NCBI RefSeq assembly: GCF_964355755.1 | Contig: NC_092676.1 | Span: 11,509,888-11,573,887 of the forward strand | Direction: 5' to 3' | Length of the DNA stretch: 64,000 nt | Source of the DNA: Antedon mediterranea | Taxonomy: Eukaryota > Animalia > Echinodermata | Shown: piece by piece, positions 35,140 through 48,617 of the stretch | How positions within the stretch are numbered: position 1 is the stretch's first letter | Layout of the letters: the number at the start of each line of letters is the position of its first letter | Position numbers and translations under genes: made by a program | Notes under the pieces: model-generated | Databases searched by the model: none | What the model saw: the letters and a program-made list of their open reading frames with translations, nothing else | What the model was told of the DNA's origin: nothing

Positions 35140-35755
35140 ATAGCCCCTTGATTATAAATTGTGGTGTTCCTCAAGGGTCTATCCTTGGACCACTTCTGTT
35201 CTCACTTTACATGTTACCTATCGCTGCTATTTTGCATTCAAATAAGATTCAGTTTCATATGTATGCCGATGACATTCAAATATACATCTTGTTTAACCCT
35301 CTGTCCGACTATAATTCTTCACTCCTCAAGCTTGTAAAATGCATATCCGAATCCAAATCTGGATGACAAACAACATGCTCAAACTCAATGCCAATAAGAC
35401 TGAATTTATTATCTTTGTCTCCAAGTTTCTTTTTCCCAAACCTGTTTTCCGCCCTCTGAATATTGGAACTACACAAATTAACGCAGCTGCATCCGTAAGA
35501 AATCTTGGTGTAGTTTTTGATCACCACCTAAATTTCGCTGAACATATAAGCTCGGTTTGCAAATCTGCTAATTTCCATGCTCGCAATATTGGTCGTATCC
35601 GAAAATTACCTTACCACCTCTCAAATTCTCACTCACGCCTTCATTTCATCTCGGCTCGACTACTGCAACTCCTTATTGTTCAATCTTCCGTCTTCCTCAA
35701 TTAAACGCTCGTCTTCAAACAATCTCCTTTCCATTCCGACTTTTAACACTAACAC
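35140..35755 (+). mobile_element. Decayed L2/CR1-type LINE RT fragment
   Basis: GVPQGSILGPLLFSLY, YADDIQIY, LKLNANKTE, RNLGVVFD and SRLDYCNSLL across frameshifts. Confidence 0.9.
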
Positions 35756-37620
35756 TATTGTCAGGATCTTTTTTTTTTCTTTTTCTTTTTTTTCTATATT
35801 CTTCTTCCTTTCCACGAATTTTGTTGCACGCATATCTCTAATTCTGGCCAACATTGTATAACTTTGTCATAAGATTGACTTGTAGCTGTAGATGTGCAAG
35901 AAACTTCGTATTATGACTTTAGAGTTGCGCAACATGATTTACACGCGATTTTATGAATTTCAATGATTGATCATAGATTAAAAACCAAAAGTCATTTTTT
36001 ATTGACACTTGGTGAAAATTTAAGTAATATCAAGGGCAAACTTTCTATGGATTAAAAATGGCATGTTTCACAGAAAGTTACGCGCGCACACACGTTTAAA
36101 AATTAAAAATTTGAAAAGTCAATTTCTAATCAAATTTCTACGCGTTTCATGTAATTTTAAGCATGTCAAAAATTCCCACGGTACACACGTAGCGCTAAAA
36201 ACATATTTTTTTTCGTGATTTATGTTTTTCCAGCCTTTTCTAGTAATTTTACCAACTTTCAAACAATTTTGACTTAAAATCACGTCATAACGAGCACGTC
36301 GAATTGGACAATTTGCGCACGTTTTTTAATGAAAAAGTTTAAAAATTCGTCAAAATTATGCCTTTTTTTAAACAGTCATAGTTTCTAAACTACATGGTGA
36401 AGTTTATTATTATTACATATTATGAAAATAGATGAGTTGTAGATATCGGATCATACATCAATATGGCTAACTGGACATTGTGACGTCATCGTATGGTCAC
36501 TCGAATATAAAATATAGGATTTTTGTCTTTTTTGTCATAGCTCACATTTAATAGAGCGCATCTCTACTTATCCGTATTCCATTTCTCCCCATTTTTTATT
36601 TTGTCTAGGTCAATCAATTACCTTTCGCATGATTTACCATTAAAATTGTGATGACATCGTCATGTTTAAAAGCGTCAATAACTTTGGTCACTTATTTTCA
36701 CCTTTTCTGCACTGTATGTATGTACGTATAGAATATATAGTGTATACCAGAGCCATATATATAAAGAGTTACGACATAGAAAATTAGAAGCCATTTTTGT
36801 GTCAAAGAATTCGCACGCTGAGGGCGCGCGCGTCTATTTTGTATAGCGTTTTCCTGTAGTTCATGCGTTATTTTTAGACTTTTTTGTCTATGAAATAACG
36901 CTTATATTCCGTTTTTACTTTAGTAATTATTTTATTAATGGTATTAATTTGGTAACATATATATTGTGTCTATAATAACAAAAGAATAAATGCTAGGGCC
37001 TACATGCAAGTCAGGATACATCAAAGCATGAACCAATACAAAAAACACACAAATTCACCCCTCTTTTTATACAATATATGGCTCTCTGTGTGTTTTTGAC
37101 ACAAACTTTCAGAGACTCGTTCATCATTTTATTTGTAATAATTTGCCCTTATTATTTTAATATTGTTCATACCCTATTCAATATATTAACAAATATATCC
37201 ACGACACTTTATTATTTTATTTAGTCATCAAAGCATGCATTATGGATTGAAAATATTACATAATTGTCATTAATAGGACGTAGTTATGGGATGTTTCGTT
37301 CCAAAATCAATCAATCAAACTTTATAATGTACTAGCGCACGCGCGCGCAATATTCTTTGCTGCAAGTACTTCTGTACGCTGTGCACATCGATATTTCACC
37401 GTAAAATGTGCAATTACATTTTTTTAAATATAAGAAAAAGTTTAAAGTATTTTGTTGCTCCTATACTTTACATGCATTAACGGAGACAAGTTTGACACAA
37501 ATTGATCTGCATATCACGTGACTATAATCCAATGTCGTAACTCTTTATATATATGGCTCTGGTGTATACTATATATACTTTAGACGTGACATGTCGTGTT
37601 TCTCTAAAACGTGAAAACAG
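35756..37620 (+). mobile_element. Partial Helentron/DINE-like element, interrupted by a P-like MITE
   Basis: Inverted similarity to 46540-47671 (e.g. AAAGTCAATTTCTAATCAAATTTCTACGCGTTTCA vs TGAAACGTGTAGAAAGTTGATTAGAAATTGA). Boundaries are approximate. Confidence 0.6.
36748..37561. mobile_element. P-element-like MITE
   Basis: 30-bp TIR CAGAGCCATATATATAAAGAGTTACGACAT; 8-bp TSD GTGTATAC (36740-36747, 37562-37569). Confidence 0.85.
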
Positions 37621-37755
37621 AACATATCGTAACTTTGTCAACATATCGACATTTACGTGAACTTGTGCACCTTCAATTTTTTTTATCAAATCTTGACCAC
37701 TAAAAATGTGGTCAAAGGTCAAAAAGTCAAATTTTCTACATAAAATGGCATATGA

Positions 37756-39124
37756 CTGGGCTCGCACTGGCCGATCGCCAAGTCGCCATGGGCGAAAACG
37801 TTTCCAGATTGGCGAAAAATAAAACGGCTACTTTAGCCATTTTGGCGATGACATATGATTAAATAGATAATCAAATAATCATTTTGGCTAAAGCATAAAG
37901 TCCAACTAAAAGGTTCATTTGTCGATCTCCAAGCATTTATTTTTTTCGTTATCATGTTGTTTACTTCAAGCTCCATTTTCGTCAACTTGTTTCGTTGTAC
38001 CAGGCGTCGCTTTTATTTCAATATGATGGAGGTAGCAGGACTATACTGCACAGAGAGACAGACGTTACACGACACATGGATGATGAAGTCTACCCAAACT
38101 ATCACGTGTTGCACGCTGCACAAACGATCGATGGCGGTCGGCTATTTACCGGGATTGTCTATTTTTCGATAGGGGTGTACTTTTCAGATTAAAAAGAAAC
38201 ATTATAGTATCTTCGATGAATGACGTCTTAATCTTATCGAAATCAAATATTTATGCATTATGCATTTTAGCCAATTTAATGTAGTTTCATATTTTACCCT
38301 TAATAAACTTCCCTCGTGCGTGGTCAGTAGAGTAAACAAAACAACATTCGGGAAATGGTAGATTCTAACTGGGATTTAGCTAACACACACATGCATTTTT
38401 ACAGCTGAGCGGGGCCGGCCGCCGGCTTCTGTGTTGTTGTGTAACAAATAATCGGGATGATATAAATTTCTCCACCTGACAGAAACGCTTCGGCGCAGCC
38501 CTGAGGGATAGAAAGATACGAGTGTTCGTTTGCTAGAAATTTTCCTCAATATTTTTAGCATACGACGTACCGTTGTACATAATTTTGTAGGCCTGGGCTG
38601 GAGCTACTGCACTTTCGCACCTCTTGAGCATACCCAATACGTTCACCCGCTGCGCGGCGGTGACCGTGAAGTCTCAGGACACGATTTTCGCCTGGTACGC
38701 GACGGAAGCCATCAAACAAACATGACCAGCCAAGCGTAAAAAACAAAAATAACATAGCGTTCAGGGGATTTAAAAAAACTGTAAAATGTTTCTTATTAAA
38801 TTGATAACTGTATGAATGCTGTATGATTAAAAACAATTATTTTTTTTTTTTTTTTAAATCATACAGTGATTTAGGCATAATTCTCTCGCTAAATGCCTTA
38901 CAAAAACGTTAAGGGAACAGTGTATAGACCTGTTGACATAGATTAATAGACTAAAATGTTTTTACCATTATATTTCAACAATTTTTAATTTTGGTTAAAA
39001 ACCGATTCATTTGGCTAAATAAAAAAATTGGACTTTAGCCATTTTGGCTATAGATAAACTGATTTGACTAAAAAAAATACTTTGACTTTCGCCAAATGGC
39101 TAAACAAAATGAGTGCTACCCCAG
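37756..39124. mobile_element. Degenerate hAT-like non-autonomous element
   Basis: Imperfect TIR CTGGGCTCGCACT vs reverse complement CTGGGGTAGCACT; clusters of TGGCGA/TGGCTA/TAGCCA subterminal motifs at both ends; no clear TSD. Confidence 0.5.
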
Positions 39125-39453
39125 ATTGATATTTCAGCAACATACAATTGATGTTAAAATATGCAGAATAAAAAGGAAGAAAACTTGGAACAAAACCAAA
39201 CAACTTAAAAAATGAGGTCATGGTCAAAAGTATTTATTCTATCATGAACATGCTATTAGTGATTGTTTTTTTTAAATTAACAAAAATCCCAAAACATTAA
39301 ATTTGACTTATTGAGGCGTACATGGTGTCAAAACGCACAGAATAAATGGGTCAAACTAAATTTGACAATGACCCTAAACCAAGTCTTGACCACCAAATAC
39401 AAGGTCTAGATAATGCTGATAATACTTACAGTAACTGATCACCAAAATAATAA

Positions 39454-40480
39454 TTATAGTGCTTCCTCTTCATCGCTGTCAATTAGTTCTTCTGCATCTG
39501 TGTTATCCTTTCCATTCTCGCAATGTCCACTGCACACACCACATGCAGATACATACGACATGCCAGCTTTCATGCAGCTGCATCTCATGGTTTGGCATTG
39601 CCTTTCGCCTTCCTTGCAATTGCAGCAGATTCCTTTGAGAAGGTTGTCTGGCGCAATACCACAAGAGAGCATCTTAGGTTTAAGTTTTCTGTTGGAGTCT
39701 AATTCCCATCCTCTTCCTTTGGGTTCAAGAACCGAGGTGTTCAGATGCCTCCATATCCCAACTTGCATTTTCCGTTGGTGGTAGACGGTCAGGATCGATC
39801 TTTCCTTTGGCTGCTTGCTTCTTGAACTTAAGATAGCGAGACTTTTCAAGAGGAGTATCCCCACAGCCATATGTGATCTGCATTGCCTTTGATCCGGCTG
39901 TTCGAATTTGGGAGACAGGTGAAGTGGTGACACTGGCAGGAAATTTGGATTTGTAAAGAGCACATTTGGTATGTCCATGAATGCATGAAACAGTGTCATT
40001 TCCAGACCAGCCATACTTGAAGAGGAACTCCTTGCGGTCACCGATGTCTATGGTAGAGATGTCGTAAAGACCATCAAAGTCTGCTTGAAGATACAAGTCC
40101 TGGGCGACAACAACAACTGGGGAATTAACACCTACGACCAAATCCATTGCAGATCTAACAATCAGTGTGTCACCATCATCCTTTGCTTGGCGTACAGTGA
40201 TATGCTGTCTTGCCATCTCTGTAGATATCATCGTGATTAGCTCCTTTGTTCTTCTCATTTATCACATGACACAGTCAGGTCCAGTGTGACACTCAAGTCC
40301 GGAGAAACCTTCTTTCCAGCCATCTGGCGTATATGCTCATGGTCTTTCGTTGATGATTCTTCCCCGTAGCCAAACATACCTGACATAAGAATCAACTATA
40401 GCCTTGACAGTTGCTCCGCTGGCCCATTTTACCTGATGAAGAAGCCATCCTCCATCGACCACGTGCACCTTGTTGTTCAC
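39454..40480 (-). pseudogene. Second Academ transposase relic (XPG-like + Cys-rich C-terminus) in the last MRPS31 intron
   Basis: VHVVDGGWLLHQV (~40430-40470), QAKDDGDTLIV, SGNDTVSCIHGHTK, DPDRLPPTENA and CCNCK..CQTMRCSCMKAG..ACGVC; frameshifted. Confidence 0.8.
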
Positions 40481-41038
40481 ACCAATTTTACCTAGATACC
40501 ATATTCTGGTGACGAAATACTAGTACGATTCATACAAGAATTATAGCTATTTGGCAACGGTCAATGACCTTTGACCTCCAATAAAAAATTTTCCCCAGCC
40601 CCTATCTTCCCTTCTTTTTTTTTGGCAGTTGTCCATACCCATCCATACCTACCAAAATCAGTTGAAATTAGCTTCTTTTAAATTTTTTCACAGATTTTAA
40701 TTAAATGACGTCATACGAACTCGTTGATTTAGACCATTTGCGCGCGTTTTAGTCGAAAAAGTTACAAAATATTGTCAAAATTATGCCTATTTTGAATCTA
40801 TTATACCCCCAATTTTTTTTATTTAATATGTAAGCAGATGTAGATATGAAATCATGCTGAATCTTTACTTCTCGGATGTTCTGACGTCATCGTATGGCCA
40901 CACTGTTACTCAACCAGCGAGCAGCGTTTTTGTAATATTTCTTGTTTAAAAGAACCTCTATTTAAAACAAAAATCAATATTTTACTGTCGATTCTTGATA
41001 CAAAAAAAGTAGCCAATTCACTGTCAGAATGCAAACGC

Positions 41039-41532
41039 TACATTTTTTAGATCTAATTTAAGGTCACAAACTACATTTAATGTAATTGAGATAACTTTTT
41101 TCGTCTTTAAATGGTTACAAATGTGAAAAATAAGGTGATTCTAATAATTTTAGCGGCCTGGCACTATAAATACCAACGTGCATTGGGCTCGGATTGATAT
41201 TTTTGTTTTTCTTCTGTAATTCACCCACTTTTCGATCAATCGTGAGGCCAAAACAAATGGAAGAAGGTTTCCCCCAATTTGTATCAACGGAGTCTGGCAA
41301 AAACAGAAAGACAATAAAGGCCTACAAAACTAAGCCTCTGAGACTAGGCCTAAAGACGGCTAACAAGCGGAAATTTAATGCAAGCTACTTAGGTAGTGTA
41401 TTGTTTCTCTCTTCTTATCATAATTTACCATAAAATGTACATTTAAGACAAGGAATGGCCTGGTTTAATGTTTTTAAAGTAATATATATGCATTATTTCT
41501 ACAAAACGTCACAAATTGTAGGGAATGGGTCT
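41039..41532 (+). mobile_element. Kolobok-like MITE copy with left end lost
   Basis: Colinear with 61690-62113; ends GGGAATGGGTCT|TTAA. Confidence 0.75.
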
Positions 41533-42078
41533 TTAAACAAAGTTTTCGGAGGCGGCTGGCGTTTTCAATTCTTTCTCTCTCCCTCCTTTGATCATCGTGT
41601 ATCAATCAAATATCAATTCATATAACTTAAAATTATCGTGTGGCGAAAATCGCCAGTAATAAAATCTGCCAGATGGGACAACAAACATTATGAAACTCAA
41701 TTCCTTGCTTTGTTTAATATCTCAAATCGATAATCAGAGTACATTGTTCCCCACCACCCTTCCTTCCGTAGGCTAGGGGCTGCTCCCCCGGTCAGGGTCC
41801 AGAAGCTTTGACTGTATATGCATTTAAGGTGTAGCCATAGTATTTTCAAAATAGGAGTAATTGTTTTTCTTGTTTGTATAACTACAGAACCCACATCGTC
41901 TTGCCATCTTCACACCAACTCCCTGGTCACACGTTGTATTTTTGTTGTTGATTTGAATATGGTCGAGAGGAGATCATAGAGTCAAGAATCATACAATATG
42001 CATAATTCAAAACTAATTCAGGGTTAAATTAATCTGGAAGCCAGTTGGCTGCCAGCTAACCGACTTCAGGTTGACCAT

Positions 42079-42172
42079 TTTTAGTCACGTGCAACGCGAT
42101 TCTACAGCTCACTATGACGGTTGGTTGGTCAGTAAACACTAACTTGCGCACGCGACTGCAGCAGGCCTTGTT
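42079..42172 (+). mobile_element. Minimal DINE-1/HINE-like element
   Basis: TTTTAGTCACGTGC..(GGTT)n..GCACGCGACT..GCCTTGTT; relative of 25811-26192. Confidence 0.6.
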
Positions 42173-42505
42173 TACTTTAAATTAGGATTTTCTCGGGTAA
42201 ATATTTATTTTTTTCATCCAATTTTTGGTCAAAGTGGATAACTTTCATGTGAAATTAAAATTAAATTCAATAAAAAAATGTAAAAAAAATTGTTTCAGGG
42301 GGACACAATACAACTTTAATAATTTATAAGTTTAATCCACAATGGACAACTATAGTAGAAGGAAAATTAACCTTAGACAATTTGAAATAGTTGAAACAAA
42401 AGGTATGAGAGGTTTAGTTTAAAGGAAATATAAACTGTGCATGACCCAAACTGCAACCCTCTATCTCTGTATAATTTTATGTTTTGTAAATCCATTTTTT
42501 TTTAG

Positions 42506-42753
42506 GTCTTGAAGTAGAAAAAGATGTTGGATTTCATGAGCACATTTTTCTTGGTACTCACATTGCCAGCTTTCCCAAGAAGGGTGCAATTCGACATTTC
42601 ATGGAGCTGGTGATTCAAGGACTCAGTATGAATCCATACATTGCAGTACAACAGAAAAAAGACAATATTAATTGGTTTTGGAATTATTTTAAAAGTAAGG
42701 AAAGCATATTAAAAGAAACAGGAGCAATTGAGAAAGATTTCAGCTTTCAATAA
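42506..42753 (+). CDS. MRPS31: MRPS31 terminal coding exon
   Basis: [62 protein letters not shown]...* matches the mS31 C-terminal signature [29 protein letters not shown]. Confidence 0.96.
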
Positions 42754-42941
42754 AAATAATAAAAGCATCTAGATTGTAAGTAACAAATCATGGTGCATAA
42801 TTTGCACCCATATTAGGCGTAAAAGGGGATCCCCGTTGTAATTTTACACTTTGTGCGATTATACTCGTACCACTGCAAAGATGGTTCAAAACCTATCTTT
42901 TACTTAGGCTGACTTTTGCTGTCCAATTTATTGTCTCTCTA

Positions 42942-42947
42942 AATAAA
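42942..42947 (+). promoter_or_regulatory. Candidate MRPS31 polyadenylation signal
   Basis: AATAAA ~190 nt after the stop, followed by T-rich sequence; an alternative lies at 42758-42763. Confidence 0.4.
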
Positions 42948-43971
42948 GCATACTGATCATTTCTTTTAATCTACTTGTATTATTTATGTATGCAAACAGG
43001 TTTGTACAAGCTTTTACCAAATATACTATAATACCATATATTATTAAATTTTATGTGCAAGTTGAATCAAGTATTTTTATTCATATTGCACAAGAAAATC
43101 ATAATTTGTAAATCGCACACAATAGTGAAACAATAGACAGTATGCCCATGCTTATACTGTTTTGCTTATCTTTTTGTGGTGGATTTTAGGAGATCTAATT
43201 TAATTTTTTGTATATTCATAGTGATTTAGGCTAATCTTTTTTTAACAGGTGTTTTCTAGATCTGTTTTCTAGACACTGTAATATAATGTACCTCTTAGAT
43301 AATTAGATAATGACGTCAATTACCCATAGGCATTCATTACCCGTAACTCTCTTTGAACATGGAGACTTATAATATTACCATGTGTGAAATGACACTGTAA
43401 GCAATATTTAAATAAAGACTGATAGATAAACGGTGATTGATCTTAGCATATGTTATTGTGTAAAGAACATTACATGGTGGCAGCTGAGGATTTTTTAGCC
43501 CATATAAGTGCAAGAAATTATCAATTTTGCAGGCCTTTCTATAAGCCTCCCTCCTGTAATATAGTGTTTTGTGGTGAGGTACTGACTTGTAATGAGGACT
43601 CTTACTCGCTTGACTGCAGTAACACATATATTGTTTATTCAATAATACTTGATACAATAATGATTCAGTACAATATACAACTATAAGTATAAGGAACAGG
43701 TGATGCTGTCGGTGAGGTGTGAGTGTAGATGTTCTTCTGGAGAAGTGACTGTGAGGTGTGTGCTCCGTGAAGTGGCTGTGAGGTGTGTCTGGGCTCTTCT
43801 GAAACTTGGGGGTATATTGGCTTCGGTTCATTAGCATTCATACGTCATTTACGAGGCTAATGATTGGTCATAAGTTGGTCCAGGGGTGTTTGGGTAGAAG
43901 TGATTGATCTTATCTGGGGAGGTTACAATGATGAATTGGCCCCGTCGAATCTTTGCTTGAAACTGTCAATA

Positions 43972-44479
43972 GAGAGGTTTCGCAATCTCACGAATACGAT
44001 AACGAAAACGGATACGTCACGCACACGTATTCGTTTTCGTAAGCCATAAAAAATCTGTTTCGCATGGCAACGAAATATTGAGGGCGCCGTCCAAAATATG
44101 ACTGGGGTAAATTTGAGCGAACCGCAGGTACGTGTTGCTTGGTGCTTGGCTGCCTAGGCCTAACGTAACATCAAAGCGAGTGAGGACTTTAAAAACTGCT
44201 ATTTATCAAAATTGACTTGGCATTTTAGTAAATTACTTTAGTAAATTACTTTCAATAAATCTAGTATTATTATTATAATCATGAATCATTCCTGATTCAA
44301 ATGCAAAATGTGCAAAATAGATCAAAAACTATACTCGTTTTGTAGTTACGAATATGACAGGTGATATTCGTCAACACGAATACGCTTTACGAATATGAAA
44401 TGGGGATCAGCTCAAAAGTTTCACAAATGTATGACGTATCCGTTTTCGTTATCGTATTCGTAAGGTTGCGAAACCTCCC
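43972..44479. mobile_element. MITE with ~47-bp TIRs and TA flanks (superfamily uncertain)
   Basis: GAGAGGTTTCGCAATCTCACGAATACGATAACGAAAACGGATACGTCA and its near-perfect reverse complement at 44432-44479. Confidence 0.85.
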
Positions 44480-44639
44480 TAGTATCTAATTGTTTTACGA
44501 TGGTACCGGGTTCGAGACCCCTCACGGGAAAACAATTAATTAAAAGGGTTTATTTGGTTATTACACTGGGCAGGGTAGTTTTAATTTTGAATAGCCTACT
44601 TTTTTTGGGAAAAGTCATAACTTAGAAGTACTTGAATAC

Positions 44640-45739
44640 GCAAGATACGTTTTGTTGCTGGCGGATAACCAAACTCGTCCTCAAGTGACGAGTTTAGATC
44701 TAGTTATTCTTCTTTCTTTCTCGGATTTTATGCACGCGTTTTCTCTTTAACGTGTTAACATAACATGTTGTAACTTGGTCAACATTTAGACGCACTGTTT
44801 TTGTCCGATTACTGTTGTATAACCTTTCTTTAATAATATCATCATATTTTATTCACTTTTCAACGCGAAACAGAATATCAGTCAAAAGTGACAGGCTACG
44901 CACGTGTAAGTTAACAAAATGGTGAAAATATGCTAAATTTTAAAATTAATATATATCGTTAGAATGCTCGGGAACACCTATTTTTTATTTAATTTTCTTG
45001 AAGTGTATGTATCATATGTATGATTTATTATGAAATTAGAAGAACAAAAGTTGATTAATTCATCATTAATGGCATATTAAATTTAACAAAATTAATTTCG
45101 ACAATCAAACAAATTATAACATTTACTTAGGCCAAAATAACAAACTTAACATTAACTTTCTTCCTTAAGAAGTTCATATATTAAAGTTAAAAGTATATAG
45201 TTTGACAGTGCATCATTTTTTTTAATTTTTAAAGATGTCATCATAGTAAAACATTATAATTCATTGCGGTATGTAATAATCTATCTGCACCAAAGTGGTT
45301 ACTGCATACTAAATACACGGAGGATTCTTTCCATAACTTTTAGTCAGTTGTGTATGGCTCGGTGGTCTTTGCTCGTGTCTTTAGCATTCAAGGTACCGAG
45401 TTCGAGTCTCACCTTGGGAAACGAAACGAAATAAGATATTTTTTTATTATCCGTATTGTTTGTTCAATTGTATTTCTTAGTGTATAGATTATACAGATGA
45501 TTTATAATGAAATTTAGATAAAAACACAAATGTGGTTTATGACATTATATACGCAGAAGGATCTTTGATCGGATTATGATACCGGCTATTGTATTTGCGT
45601 TAGCAAGATCCTATCATATTATAAATAACTAAAGATTCTGAGAAAATCAATCAATCAAAATATCTTAAATCAATCAATTATCTTTATTTAAATCAATGCA
45701 TATAACCTATAATTCGTCATAGTGACGAATTAAATCTAG
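44640..45739 (+). mobile_element. Abutting Helentron/DINE-like copies (3' end at 44703 joined to a second copy ending at 45739)
   Basis: Two hairpin+CTAG|T termini (AACTCGTC..GACGAGTT and AATTCGTCA..TGACGAATT). A tRNA-like B-box segment GAGTTCGAGTCT lies at ~45345-45420. Confidence 0.6.
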
Positions 45740-46539
45740 TTTTTAAAATGTGTTTTCAGAACAGTTTCAAGAAAATAAGATAAGGGGGAACAACCGAAAT
45801 TCGATCAACAAGCAATCTATCTACATCAATTTAAGGGAGAAGGTATCAAGTTCAAGGTTTAAAAATGGGGGAGGTGTATGTAGTCAGCCTGTAGCAAGTC
45901 TTTATGTTATATGAGCATTTTAGATGATGTGTACATCACAGAACAATGGATTGAATAAATTAAATTAGTACTGGTAATAGAAAAAAAATAATGTAACGAC
46001 ATTGATTAAGTATTTAATGATTTATAACAATAGAGAATAATTTTTGATATAAATTAATACTGGCTGAAATACCAATTGTATTACTGAATTATTAATCGTT
46101 CAATGTTGAAAAAATAAATAATATTTAATAATATGGAAAAAAAAATATGAATATGTACATTATGCTTACTGTACATTCCAGATAGGCCTATTTATATGTC
46201 TATGTAATTTGATGTTTTTATTAAAAGTGTTAAAGTAGGTCAAACTGTGTTATTAGATTTATTTGATGTGGTTGTTTCATTTATAAATAACCTAACCCTT
46301 TCTGCACTATCAAACTAGTTTGACAAAAAAATTTTATGTGCCCAAATATGGAGAGATATTATGCCATTGTGTCCATATAAGCACATCAAATTAATGTTGG
46401 TCACATTAAGTTTGATTTTATTTATTTCAACAATATTTTACTAGGGTGGTCCTTCCAGTCGAAGGTGATCATTAGATAGAGAGAACCTCACAAAAATGCA
46501 ATTTGATAAGACAATAACATACAACAATTAAAAATTAAA

Positions 46540-47671
46540 CTAGATTTGAACTCGTCAATTAGGCTATCGCCCAACGCATCGTAACACGCACATGTTATTT
46601 ATTATGCTTAGTCTACACTAGGCTGCACTACAACGATTGTAAAGAACAGCTGGAATACATCAAAATCGTTTAATAAGTGTCAACAGTTGACGGTATTAGC
46701 ATTGTAAACGGTTTAGTTGACGGTTATTTTTTATTTTACACCACTCACGTTTATTCAATTGTTTGAAAATGATGACCTTTTCAAATTAAAAAAAGTCTAA
46801 AAAGGAATTATTTTAGTAATAAAATATTGAAAATTGGAAGAAAATTGATAACGTTTACGCGGTATGCGCTCTATTGAATGTGACGAACTGTGTCGAAAGA
46901 GACAAAATCCCTATATTTTACATTTGTGTAATATATCTGCTTACATATTAGGTTAAAAAAATTGGGGGTCACCAGACATCCTGGAGAGCTATAATCGATT
47001 CAAAATAGGCATATTTTTACACAAATTTGCATAAAATTACCAATTTTCAAGCGCACGATTTTTAAAGTTTGACGTGCACGTGTGTCATTATTTTGCATTC
47101 ATTATTCATCAAATATGAAAGAAATATATCATAAAACTATGAAAAACAATAATCAAGCGCAAAAACGGGCATTCTAGGCTGCGTACGAGCGAAGTGCGCA
47201 ATAGCGCGCGCGCAACGCAAATTTTTTTGAAAAATGTGAAATGCTTAAAATGTCCTGAAACGTGTAGAAAGTTGATTAGAAATTGATTTTGAGCATTTTT
47301 AACTTTCAAAGCGCGCGTACGCGCGATTTGACCAATGTTCAAAATTTTGCTGATGATACAGGAAGATGACCCTTGACATGAAGCATACGTGTGTCAAGTG
47401 GTATTTAAAAATAGCTATTGGTTTTCAAGTTATAGTCAATCTAAGAATTTCAGAAAATCGCGCGTAGTTACGCTACGCGACCATATTTTCATTAAACCAA
47501 AGTTTGTTGCACAACTACATATATACGTGCATCTGCTGGCCAAGTTACAACATAACTGCTACCGCCGTTTTTGAGATCTGCGTGACACAAAAATTGAGCA
47601 GAAAAAATGAAATTTGTGACAATAACAATAGGCTATCGCTCTACAGAGAGCGATAAGAGCGATAGCCTAAT
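46540..47671 (-). mobile_element. Near-complete non-autonomous Helentron (HINE/DINE-like)
   Basis: Minus strand: 5' sub-TIR ATTAGGCTATCGC with a nearby inverted copy; 3' sub-TIR GCGATAGCCTAAT followed by a half hairpin GACGAGTT and CTAG; T-rich flanks. Confidence 0.8.
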
Positions 47672-47977
47672 AAAAATAAATAGAATTTATGAAAACTAAC
47701 AAACTAAAATAATGGAAAAATAAGGAAGCAAAAGGGAAATCAATGAAAACAATACATTAAATGGCCATCTCAGAGGAGATGGCCATGTAATAAATAAGGA
47801 AGAGATGGTTCTTGAGCCAAAATTTGATGGAAATGGAAGATGAAGCAAGTCGGATAGTGCAGGCAGGGCTTAAAGGAGACATGCATGTTTGTAATGTATA
47901 TATAATAGTATTCACTTATCAAGGACCATACATAATTGTTATGATGTAAGATCATTGCTTTGGAAAGCTATGAATTA

Positions 47978-48345
47978 CACAGTAGTGTCACTTCCAACGC
48001 ACTAGAAATACGCCGTGAAATCGAATTTGCGGTTTCACGAAGTGACACTAACTGCGTTAGTGTCACTTCGTAAGCGTAAACTACGTAGGGAAATGAATTT
48101 TTCGGTTTTACGAAGTTACACTAAAGTTTAACTTTAATTTACTTGGTAATTAATTAATATGATTAAAATTAAATTAGAAGTAATGGGTAGCTGGATTGTC
48201 TAACTTTGTATATATGTAAATTAAAAATCTTAGTGACATTATTTTTAGGACGAAATCGTGTGTTTTGTGAAGCTCGTTTCTTCAATCGCGTTTTTCTCGA
48301 AACGCTGTTTTTATCAATTACGCGGTTAGTGTCACTTCGTGGTGT
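47978..48345. repeat. Unclassified element with repeated AGTGTCACTTCG motif
   Basis: The motif occurs about six times in both orientations; possible CAC...GTG ends; no TSD seen. Confidence 0.45.
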
Positions 48346-48617
48346 CGACGACGAATTATTTACGAGTGTTTCATTTACATCTTCACGGCGAAAAACATCA
48401 ACGTAGACGCCCGGAAGAAGGCACAGCTATTGCTACTTGCAGGGAGTAAGGTATATGATATCTATGATACTTTAGCCGAAGATAATCATACGTATGATGA
48501 CTTGATTAGGAAACTAAATGGGTATTTTCACCCACTACAAGATTCAGCTTTATCAGTATACACGTTTCGTGAATTAAAACAGGGAGTTTTATTTCGACCG
48601 TTGATCAATTTGTAGAC

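Noticed and set aside
43367-43837. 156-aa ORF with a short HTPHSHF repeat downstream of MRPS31
   Set aside because: It reflects a 27-bp local duplication, with no domain or splice support.
45345-45420. tRNA-like sequence with a B box
   Set aside because: The cloverleaf stems do not pair; it is better explained as a SINE-like head within a repeat.
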